Of a stretch of 64,000 nt of DNA, positions 47,826 to 56,422 are shown piece after piece. Made by a program: the position numbers and the translations under genes. How positions within the stretch are numbered: the stretch's first letter is position 1; every line of letters begins with the position of its first letter. The DNA is from an uncultured bacterium (GTDB lineage Bacteria; Babelota; Babeliae; Babelales; Babelaceae), in contig CAWKFG010000004.1 in assembly GCA_963848965.1 (NCBI GenBank), positions 96,001 to 160,000 of the forward strand, in the 5' to 3' direction. The notes beneath the pieces were generated by a model. It was not told where the DNA came from. It searched no databases and worked only from the letters and a program-made list of their open reading frames with translations.

Positions 47826-50800
47826 ATGAGTTTTTTAACTCGCTTACGTAAAAATAAGTCTATTTCTTGGACACTTTTTGTCTGTTTTACTCTTTCTCAT
47901 GTGCCTCTCATACGCCCAATGGCAGCGCCAGTTATCGCCCCTCATGCACAAGCAGCTCTTGCAGCATTTTTAGGCTGGGCATACAAACAAGCTGATCAGC
48001 AGAGAGATACTCAACGATTACTTAGTGATGTTGGTCTTGCTCATTTACAAGAAGACCTTGTCCTTGCAATTATTACAGGAGATATGCAGCAACTAGGCAC
48101 TTTATGTACTTCTTATCAAGAAAAACTTTCAGAATCATCGCACTCTTTCGATAGCGCAGCATTTGTTCAACATATAGAAAATCTTCAAAAACGAGCACCT
48201 TCCTATAGTACTATTTACAATCTTATTAACTCTGCAGCCCAGAGAAAATGGGCCACAGCTGAACAAGAAAAACCCCGTGTTCTTATACCTCCTTATGAAG
48301 ATACTCACGAGCAAAGTATTCCAACAGGAGGAACTATTAACCCTTCTTTTCCAGCTCCAAAACCGGGTATACCGCGACCTCCTCGTCCATTTATACCACC
48401 GGTTCATCCTAATGTAGGGACCTACGATAATCCACCAGATCCTGAAAATAAACTGCCTGAACCAGTTAAACCTCCTTTTAACCCAGATGCTCTACCAAAA
48501 AGTGGTTTTGTCTCAAACGTTTCTGGTTTGACTGCAGTAGGTATTGCTTTTTACGAGCTTATTGCAAGCTTTTACAAAGCCTCTACACGAGTGAAAGAGC
48601 AAAAGCATCTTGATGAACAAATAGATAAGGCCTTTGAAAGCAATACTGATATGCATGCTCTTTATAAAGAAGCAATGCATAGTGCTATTACTATAACGCT
48701 CAAAGCACACTGTCCTTATAGTACAAGCAGTGAACGCAATCATGCATTACTTGCTATGAACCATATTGGCATCATAGGAAGAGCAGGACGATATATAACA
48801 CAATTTATACAAACTCTGAATCCTTACTATTTTCATGAAGATGGATCACTCAAGCATACTCGTTCAAAAATTGATTATGAACATGCAGTAGACCGCCTTA
48901 TCCCTCTTATGAAAAAGATGGCAACAAACAAAGAAGAGTATCGTGAGTATCTTGCAGAATTAGAAACAGCATTTCATTTAGAAAGCCCTGAAGCTCGAAA
49001 AAAGTTTCCTAAAATTTATCAAAAGATTCAAAGAGCTTTTAAAAGCGGATGGGCACCCCATCAAGAAAGCGACTTTCTTAATACTTTATATGAAATGCTT
49101 CCAAAAGATGTTCAAAAATATGGTACTATTCATCCTTCTGTCATTCAAAATAATCCGCATAATAAAGCATTCATCTCATTCATTAATGACTGTAATTTTG
49201 ACATAACAGATCCTCAAGCAGATCCTCTTGCTCAAGCACAAAAAGCAAAAGAGTTTTATGAGAGCTATGGCAAACATCAAACACTTGAAGAAAAGCTTTC
49301 TTTTATTGCATCTAATCCGTCATACATAAAACAGTATCAGACTATGATGAGAAATTTCTTTCAAGAAATAGTCTCATCCACTTTTGACGGTAGAAATATA
49401 CCTTATGCTTTTGAAAACGATCCATATGCTTCTCAATTTTCTACAGCCGACATAAAAGACCATATTAAACAACTTGCTGTACGGTATCACTTTAAAAAAA
49501 ATATACAAGCACAATTTAGTCTTGAAGGATTCAATAACAAAGAGATAGAGCAGCTGCTCTATGCTTTTATAACACCCACAACTACGCGTAATTATACGGA
49601 ACTTCCTTCGTCTAAAGCTATTATAGATCACCTTGTAGATGGCTCAACTGCAAAAAGAAATGCTATTGGCCAGACGCTCTTTAACCAATTCTTTACAACA
49701 GAAGGAATATTACGCTCTTTAGAAGAAAAAGCGCACGAGTATCCAGAACTTGCACAACTCAATGCCCTTACTCAGAAAAATAAAGATGTCTTACGTTATA
49801 CAAACTATTTCCTTGCTCTTGATAGCACGCCAGAGACAAAAAAGCATATAGCACAGGGCATTGGCTACCTTGCAGCAGCCTCTCGAGATACACACGCTGC
49901 ATCCGATTATTTACGTCTTGCACGAGCACATTATGCTGCTCTTACAAATACAAAAGGATGCGCCGATCTCCTTGAGTGTGGCAACTTTGCACAACTTTAT
50001 AAAAATGCTCACCAAAATGGCGTACAAAACCTTATTCGCAAAGTAGCTCTCGAAGGTCTTACATTACAAGAAAAAAGTTCTGCCTATACATCACAAGAAG
50101 AGCAACACAGGCATGCAATACTTTCACGCTATGCTCTTAAAACTGCTCATATAGCACATCAACTAAATGCACGAGGAAAAAGTGAAGATGCAAGAACAAT
50201 GGCACTTAATGTTCTTGAACTGCTTAAGGATCCTCAGCACTCTACACAATCATTTGAAGTACTCGTTGATATTATTAACAAAGTAAGCAGTATGCCTGGA
50301 GCATTTGATCCTGCTTCATTAATATGTACAGCATTAAGAAGAGATCTTGATGAATGTAAACCTGATCTTATTAAAAAGGCACATACTGAAACAAAAAAAT
50401 TTGAAGAAGCCCTTCAAGCAGATAGTAAAAAAATAAATCCAGGTAACCAAAGAATTCTTCATGAAAAGTTAAAAGCAGCTGCAACACAAGCACAGAAGGT
50501 ACTTGATCGAGTAGCACGCTATCCTGATCCACAAGGTATGTGTGCTGCTGTGAATGCAGATCTGTTAAGAAGACTAAGCCAAGAAGCACATGCACGTAAT
50601 GTTGCTGGTCATACAAAAGAGGCTATTAAGCTCTTTAATGACTTTGCTCCTGGACTCATTGAAGAGTGTGAAGCTTATGACAAAAATAAGCAAGATAAAC
50701 CACAAGATACCAGTCCTATAAAAGCGCCTCAACCAGCATCTCCTAAAGGTACCTGTCAAGCAGAAGTACCAAAAACGCCTGCTCCAACATGCGGTACAAG

Positions 50801-51296
50801 TACTCGACCAGCAGAAAAAGCACCATCATGCGGCACAGGAGCTCAAGAACATAAAGAGCCTAAACCACGACCATGTGGTGCTGGCCAACAAGTAGCCCCG
50901 AGTTTCGGACCTTCAGAAGATGAAGTTATCGGAAAGGCCATAGAAAAATTATTTGAACTGATTGAAAAAGAAAAGAGCCAGCAACCTGTTCCACAACAAC
51001 CTCAAAATGAAGAAGCTCCTTCAGTATCAGCTCCTTCAAAAGAACAAGATAGTACTCAAGAAAAAGAGCCAGAGCACGCACAGAATGTACCAAGTAAAGT
51101 AATACCAGCAGTTTTACCAGTTCCAACAACTACGCCTGCTTTACCAGTAAATACAACTGCTCCGATTTCAATTACGCCTATACCGGTAGCTCCCCAAACG
51201 TCTACTGTCTTGCCATCTTCAAACCACACTAACTTCAGTACAACCACATCTCCTTTCCAGCAAGTAGTACTGGAAATATTGCATTACAACCTGTAA
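47826..51296 (+). CDS. Large secreted Pro-rich protein; probable N-terminal part of a polymorphic toxin
   Basis: 1156-aa ORF with signal-like N-terminus; coding-like sequence continues across frameshifts into an EndoU domain. Confidence 0.7.
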   Translation: MSFLTRLRKNKSISWTLFVCFTLSHVPLIRPMAAPVIAPHAQAALAAFLGWAYKQADQQRDTQRLLSDVGLAHLQEDLVLAIITGDMQQLGTLCTSYQEKLSESSHSFDSAAFVQHIENLQKRAPSYSTIYNLINSAAQRKWATAEQEKPRVLIPPYEDTHEQSIPTGGTINPSFPAPKPGIPRPPRPFIPPVHPNVGTYDNPPDPENKLPEPVKPPFNPDALPKSGFVSNVSGLTAVGIAFYELIASFYKASTRVKEQKHLDEQIDKAFESNTDMHALYKEAMHSAITITLKAHCPYSTSSERNHALLAMNHIGIIGRAGRYITQFIQTLNPYYFHEDGSLKHTRSKIDYEHAVDRLIPLMKKMATNKEEYREYLAELETAFHLESPEARKKFPKIYQKIQRAFKSGWAPHQESDFLNTLYEMLPKDVQKYGTIHPSVIQNNPHNKAFISFINDCNFDITDPQADPLAQAQKAKEFYESYGKHQTLEEKLSFIASNPSYIKQYQTMMRNFFQEIVSSTFDGRNIPYAFENDPYASQFSTADIKDHIKQLAVRYHFKKNIQAQFSLEGFNNKEIEQLLYAFITPTTTRNYTELPSSKAIIDHLVDGSTAKRNAIGQTLFNQFFTTEGILRSLEEKAHEYPELAQLNALTQKNKDVLRYTNYFLALDSTPETKKHIAQGIGYLAAASRDTHAASDYLRLARAHYAALTNTKGCADLLECGNFAQLYKNAHQNGVQNLIRKVALEGLTLQEKSSAYTSQEEQHRHAILSRYALKTAHIAHQLNARGKSEDARTMALNVLELLKDPQHSTQSFEVLVDIINKVSSMPGAFDPASLICTALRRDLDECKPDLIKKAHTETKKFEEALQADSKKINPGNQRILHEKLKAAATQAQKVLDRVARYPDPQGMCAAVNADLLRRLSQEAHARNVAGHTKEAIKLFNDFAPGLIEECEAYDKNKQDKPQDTSPIKAPQPASPKGTCQAEVPKTPAPTCGTSTRPAEKAPSCGTGAQEHKEPKPRPCGAGQQVAPSFGPSEDEVIGKAIEKLFELIEKEKSQQPVPQQPQNEEAPSVSAPSKEQDSTQEKEPEHAQNVPSKVIPAVLPVPTTTPALPVNTTAPISITPIPVAPQTSTVLPSSNHTNFSTTTSPFQQVVLEILHYNL

Positions 51297-52014
51297 CTGC
51301 ACAAGAATGGTCTCAGAGCAAGAAAGCAGAAATTTTTAACTGAGCTTCAAAATAGAGGTATTGTATTACGAAAAAGATCCTTATATTACCCCAGAGAAGT
51401 TCGAAAAAGTAGTAGAATGGGCTTGCACAGTCTTTAGAGATACAGATACTATCTATCTAAGGCTTGAACAACTTAAGGAAATTAACTCGATATTTACATG
51501 AAGAAGCAAAACCTATACTACCGGTTATCCCTGGATACACAACTCAGCCAATCGAGCTTATATTTGATATTTACCATATTTTTCTTCCTGAAATTACCTA
51601 TAAGGAATCTAACGGTAATGTTGGTCAAATAAAGGGACTTCATGCAGATTGTGGTGGCGAAATAGAGCAATTAGGTAATTCTGGAGAGCCTTTTAGAATA
51701 AAAGTAAAGCATACAGGTAAAGAAGCACGAGGTTGTGAAAAACTTACATTTACTCTTGATGGTGTAGAATCAGGAGAAAAAGATGCCTTTCCCAAGCACT
51801 ATAATTGGTTTGAATGTATGCAAGAGCGATTGAAGCACTTAAGAATATCCAAACACATGTAACTAAATCAAAAACTAGCGGCCAACTTATAGTTTATGGC
51901 ATCAGTAAAAATGGTATAGTTATTAAATTTGTTATCCAAAGAAGAAAGGTACAGACCTTTCATCCGGATATTGACCGAATAATAGAGCTAACAACAACAG
52001 GCAAATTATCATGA
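51250..52014 (+). pseudogene. Frameshifted EndoU-type nuclease toxin tip
   Basis: YHIF...KGLH...EKDAFPKHYNW in 51464-51862, continuing in another frame as ARAIEAL...GISKNGIVI...QTFHP (51814-52014). Confidence 0.7.
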
Positions 52015-52493
52015 AAGAGCAAGTAACGTTTTTTCACATTCGAGAATTTGATTGTTATAATATTCAACCTGGACAACAAGCAAATATGTCCTACGAGTTC
52101 GCATATATATCTTATTTTTTGATCGAAGAGTGCACCAAATGGCTAACACCTCAATTTATAGAATGGTTAAAACAGCCTCATAAGAATGAAGATTATAAAC
52201 CAGGAAGCGAGTTCTACCTTATTTACTTAGATGGAAATATAATTATCAGTGAAACTGTCTTTCTTAGCACAGAAGATATAGCAGGACCCATAGACGAAGA
52301 TTTACTTGAACAGATAAACGCTCCTAAGTTTTGTACTACCGTAGAGAAGCTTCTATCTCTGTTGGTTGAGTGGAATGCTATCATCAACACAACACCACGT
52401 TATCCTCGAGTCACGCTTACTAGGGAAGAAGATAATTTAAAGCTCTCTATTGAAAGTCATGATAGTCCACTTGAAGAGTTAGAGCCAAAGTAA
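52011..52493 (+). CDS. Putative immunity protein for the EndoU toxin
   Basis: Acidic 160-aa protein without signal peptide; ATGA overlap with the toxin stop. Confidence 0.55.
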   Translation: MKEQVTFFHIREFDCYNIQPGQQANMSYEFAYISYFLIEECTKWLTPQFIEWLKQPHKNEDYKPGSEFYLIYLDGNIIISETVFLSTEDIAGPIDEDLLEQINAPKFCTTVEKLLSLLVEWNAIINTTPRYPRVTLTREEDNLKLSIESHDSPLEELEPK

Positions 52494-52520
52494 GAAAATA
52501 GGTATACTAACAAGGACAAT

Positions 52521-53459
52521 ATGTCAAAGAGCTTAAGGAAAGTAGAAATGAATTATAAGCCTCAGTTACTTCCTATTGGTCTTGCTTCCTTTAAAACTAT
52601 GGTGCAGGAAAACTTTATTTATGTGGACAAGACCCACTATATCTATGAGCTTATAACACAAGGTAAGTATTATTTTCTTTCTCGTCCTCGAAGATTTGGA
52701 AAGTCTTTGCTTCTATCAACTCTAGAGCAAATATTTCTTGGAAATAAGCAATTATTTAGTCCCTTTTTTATAGCTACCACAAATTACAATTGGACCGAAT
52801 ACCCAGTTATACATTTTAGTTTCTCTTCAATGTCCTCAAAAACCGTACAAGAGTTTGAAAACGATATTCGACGGACACTTGAGAGATTAGCTTATTCTCA
52901 TGGTATAGATATCAGCGATGCACCTTCTATAAAAACCAAATTTAAAGCACTTATCAAAAGAATTTCAATTAATAGCCCTGTAGCAATACTGATTGATGAA
53001 TATGATCATCCCCTGCTTAATAATATTCATGACTCTATTATAAAAGAGGCTTGCAATAGAGTCTTACATGACTTTCTAGTTATTCTTAAAGGCCTCGAAG
53101 AGTATATTCGTTTTACCTTTATTACAGGTATTACAAAATTCTCAGCAACCACAATATTCTCAGGGTTAAACAACTTAAATGATCTTACTGATTGTAGAAG
53201 TGCTGCAACACTTTTAGGATATACTAAGGAAGAAATTCTTAAATACTTTGAGCTACAGCTCCTTGCTAAATCACACTCTTATAAAACGTCTGTAGAATGC
53301 ATTCTAGAGCAAATGCAAGCACAGTATAATGAACATCAATCTGTAGTACAAGATCCAATAAATAAAAATAATCTGAAAGTTTACAATCCTTTTTCTGTAC
53401 TTTCTTACCTTAATAACAAACAAAAGACAGAAAATCCTATTCTAGAGCATTATCCATGA
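52521..53459 (+). CDS. AAA-ATPase-like protein (PD-(D/E)XK nuclease-associated family), C-terminally truncated
   Basis: LPIG, YVDKT, SRPRRFGKSL, LIDEYD, FITGITK and YNPFS motifs; ends before the nuclease domain usual in this family. Confidence 0.85.
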   Translation: MSKSLRKVEMNYKPQLLPIGLASFKTMVQENFIYVDKTHYIYELITQGKYYFLSRPRRFGKSLLLSTLEQIFLGNKQLFSPFFIATTNYNWTEYPVIHFSFSSMSSKTVQEFENDIRRTLERLAYSHGIDISDAPSIKTKFKALIKRISINSPVAILIDEYDHPLLNNIHDSIIKEACNRVLHDFLVILKGLEEYIRFTFITGITKFSATTIFSGLNNLNDLTDCRSAATLLGYTKEEILKYFELQLLAKSHSYKTSVECILEQMQAQYNEHQSVVQDPINKNNLKVYNPFSVLSYLNNKQKTENPILEHYP

Positions 53460-53503
53460 TATGTTCTAATAATCCATTACACTAGGTCCTCAAGGAGACT
53501 CTA

Positions 53504-54457
53504 ATGACCCTTGTAATATTATTTTCACTTTTCTTTTCCTCTTTACAAGCAAAATATCTCTCTTTACCACCAAGCATTAGCTCAAAAGCAATCTATCATA
53601 TAGAAACTCATCAGATAGATGAATGGTCGTGTGGTTATAATGCATTATTTAATACATGCAATCTAGAACAATTAATTGGATTAGATAATCCGTGTAGCAA
53701 CTTTGGAAAATTTAAAGAAATCTGCACAGCGTTTATAGAAAAGAAAAAAAGAAAACCAACCGATGCTATGTTTAATCAAGAGTTCGAAGATCTACCTTAT
53801 AAACTCAAATTAAGTCGTGCTCAATACTTAGGACTCGATGAAATAGGAAATGTTAGACCAGACCTTGACGAAAGCATATCTATGCAGCTAACCTCTACTA
53901 TGTCTCAAAGAGAAATAGACGACTATCTTAACAAGAAACAACAAATAAAAGAAAATGCTCTTATCTTGAGCCTTCAGAGAGAGTTTAGTAATAACAGTGA
54001 TTACTGTATACACTTTTTTTGCCATGTAATTATCGATAGTATTGGTCACTGTTTTGTCATATCTCTTGTCCAAAAAGGCAGCACCAACCGAGCATTGTAC
54101 ATTTTCGACAACCTAAACTCCCCTATTACAGAAAGTTCCGATAGTAAGAAGTATATAAATTTTCTTTGTACAACCTTCGGCATATCTTCTCGCGAAAGCT
54201 TTGATAAGTACAAAATAACCGTTCCAGATAAGTGGCCAACTGCACCAGCATCCCAGCCAACAACAAACACTACTAAAAAGAGTATGGTCAAAAAAAGCAA
54301 GAAAAAAGAAGAAACTAAAGAACAAAGGGATTACCTAGAACTCCTTATCCCGCTTAAATTACTATTACAGCCTTATGAGTCTAACAAATATATACCTAGT
54401 CTTTCGTTTATTAAAAAACCTCGGTTCATTTCCTTACCTTTTAGGGTATTTTTGTAG
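53504..54457 (+). CDS. Secreted papain-fold / Josephin-like Cys protease candidate
   Basis: HQIDEWSCGYNALFN...GHCFVISL...YIFDNLN; similar to the N-terminal domain of 43998-47510. Confidence 0.6.
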   Translation: MTLVILFSLFFSSLQAKYLSLPPSISSKAIYHIETHQIDEWSCGYNALFNTCNLEQLIGLDNPCSNFGKFKEICTAFIEKKKRKPTDAMFNQEFEDLPYKLKLSRAQYLGLDEIGNVRPDLDESISMQLTSTMSQREIDDYLNKKQQIKENALILSLQREFSNNSDYCIHFFCHVIIDSIGHCFVISLVQKGSTNRALYIFDNLNSPITESSDSKKYINFLCTTFGISSRESFDKYKITVPDKWPTAPASQPTTNTTKKSMVKKSKKKEETKEQRDYLELLIPLKLLLQPYESNKYIPSLSFIKKPRFISLPFRVFL

Positions 54458-54507
54458 TAATAAACTTATATGAAAAGGAAAATAGAGAGCAAAAGAGGAG
54501 AGAAAAC

Positions 54508-54560
54508 CGGGCAGAGTGTTGGATTCGAACCAACGGCCAAGGGATTGCGTCCCTGTGCTT
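54508..54560 (-). ncRNA. tRNA-like 3' half (possible Y RNA or tRNA remnant)
   Basis: AGGGA-CGCAA-TCCCT hairpin, T-arm GTTGG-TTCGAAT-CCAAC, then ACTCTGCC; no matching 5' acceptor strand. Confidence 0.55.
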
Positions 54561-54695
54561 GTAGTCCATGAAAGAGGTTAAAAGAAGTGATACAAGCTCA
54601 AGATGAGAAGATTGACAAAAAGCTTCTCCCCCAGCCTTGTTTACTGTGGTCCCAAAGCGAGATACAAGACGAGTTAATAATGTATTAAACTTCAT
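54560..54695 (-). pseudogene. 5' fragment of a TROVE/Ro60 (Rsr) gene
   Basis: MKFN...TVNKAGGEAF..S.HLELVSLLLTSF resembles TROVE protein N-termini; truncated after about 45 codons. Confidence 0.6.
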
Positions 54696-54855
54696 GTTTC
54701 ACATGCTCATTTAGACATAACTTAAAATAAATTTTTTCTAGGATAGTACTTTTTAAGTATTTGAACAACAAGTATCTTAATAAACTCCACAAATTTTTTT
54801 TAAGTATTATACTAGAAACAAAAGAGGTACGCTTAGATATCTAAGAAGGACTTTT

Positions 54856-55752
54856 ATGAACCACAATCAGCTAAAATTACTTTTCTTTATGCTGTTTAGC
54901 ATATTTTTCTCAACGACCTTTCAGGCCTATAATCACCCAACTAACTCTCAGCCAGCAGCGTCTCAAAATTCAAGCAGAATTGCTACATTTGTTAAAAAAC
55001 ATGACCTTCTTACTCTCATTGGTACTATCACCGGCATCACTTTTATATACCGAACGTTTAAAGCATACGAAGCAAAGAGAACATTAGCAGCAATGCAACT
55101 TCAAGCAGAGTTAGAGAGAGAACAAAGAGAACAAGAAAGACGACAACAAGAACACGAAAGAGAAACAGCAGAGCAACAATGGAGAAGACAACAAGCTACC
55201 CTAGAAGAAGAACGTGCTCGTCAACAAAGAGAATATGATCAGCAAGCTAGATTAGCCCGAGAACGACAACAGGCTGAATGGGAATTTCGACGCGAACAAG
55301 ACGAAAGAGAACGTATAGAAAGAGAAAGACTTCGTAGACAACAAGAAGAACGCGACCGCCAAGAAAGAGAGAGATTACGCAAGCAGCAAGAAGACCAAGA
55401 ACAGCAAGATATACGCAGAAGAGGAAGATTCTGGGCAAAATTAGGAAAACAATTATCACGCAAACAAGAGTCTTTAAAGAGACAAGCTCCTTATGTTTTT
55501 CTCTCTGAAGAAACAAGAAAGGTTTATGAAGAGCTTAATATTCCTCTTCATATCAGTCCCTTTGAACCACTTGGTGTAGCTGATAATGCTTCAAGACAAG
55601 ATCTCATAAAAGCACATAGGAAGCTCGTCCCCTTAGTGCACCCAGATAGAAATAAAACGCCTGAAGCAAATGCTCAATTTAGACTACTCGAAACATGTTA
55701 TCAAAATTGTATAGACATAAAAAACAGACAAGGTGCGTCACATAGCTTTTAA
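54856..55752 (+). CDS. Secreted/membrane coiled-coil protein with C-terminal J domain
   Basis: Signal peptide, TM segment, E/R/Q coiled coil, PFEPLGV...LIKAHRKL...HPDRN. Confidence 0.8.
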   Translation: MNHNQLKLLFFMLFSIFFSTTFQAYNHPTNSQPAASQNSSRIATFVKKHDLLTLIGTITGITFIYRTFKAYEAKRTLAAMQLQAELEREQREQERRQQEHERETAEQQWRRQQATLEEERARQQREYDQQARLARERQQAEWEFRREQDERERIERERLRRQQEERDRQERERLRKQQEDQEQQDIRRRGRFWAKLGKQLSRKQESLKRQAPYVFLSEETRKVYEELNIPLHISPFEPLGVADNASRQDLIKAHRKLVPLVHPDRNKTPEANAQFRLLETCYQNCIDIKNRQGASHSF

Positions 55753-55905
55753 AGAAAATAGTAATATAAGCTAAAACTTATAACGAATCCTTCAAAAGCA
55801 AGCTCTTGGCAATAATCCTTTTAATTTTTTTACTAATTCTTGAACTCTTTGAATTTATTATTTTATACTTGTAAATAAAATATAACATAAACCAAAGGAG
55901 AGCCA

Positions 55906-56355
55906 ATGAAAAAACTCTTTATAGTATTCTTTTCCTTTATAGCTTTTAGTGGGCTACAGGCTATGAAGGTAGGACCTGAAGGAAATTTAGACAGAATAAG
56001 AAAATTAATAGAGCAAACAGAAAGAAGAATGCAAGCAATTGCAAGTCCACGAACTGCTGTAGAATCAGAAGAACTAGCACGTCTTACACAATATCTTACT
56101 ACCTTACGGCAGCAAGAAGATGAAGTGGAAGAAGAATCACCTGTTGTAATACCTATTGGAATAACTCTTCCATCAGCACAAGAAGTAGCAGCAGCGTTTA
56201 GAAGTAGTCCTAATCAGCTTAAAGCAGAAATTAGCAAATTCCAAACTATATTAGAGGGACAAAGAACTAATAGAACTATGAATCCTACAGCTATTAGGGA
56301 GCTTCGACGTAAACTTGAGATATATCAAAATGCACAGAGAGAACTAGTCTCTTAA
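55906..56355 (+). CDS. Secreted hypothetical helical protein
   Basis: AAGGAG RBS; signal ending LQA|MKV. Confidence 0.75.
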   Translation: MKKLFIVFFSFIAFSGLQAMKVGPEGNLDRIRKLIEQTERRMQAIASPRTAVESEELARLTQYLTTLRQQEDEVEEESPVVIPIGITLPSAQEVAAAFRSSPNQLKAEISKFQTILEGQRTNRTMNPTAIRELRRKLEIYQNAQRELVS

Positions 56356-56363
56356 TAATTATA

Positions 56364-56385
56364 AAGGGCGCCCAAAGGCGCCCTT
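56364..56385. terminator. Bidirectional terminator
   Basis: AAGGGCGCC-CAAA-GGCGCCCTT between convergent genes. Confidence 0.65.
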
Positions 56386-56422
56386 CTTGACATTGATCCT
56401 CAGCGGTGTGAGGATATGCTCC

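Noticed and set aside
54508..54560. Functional tRNA gene
   Set aside because: No 5' acceptor strand or D-arm and no convincing anticodon stem.
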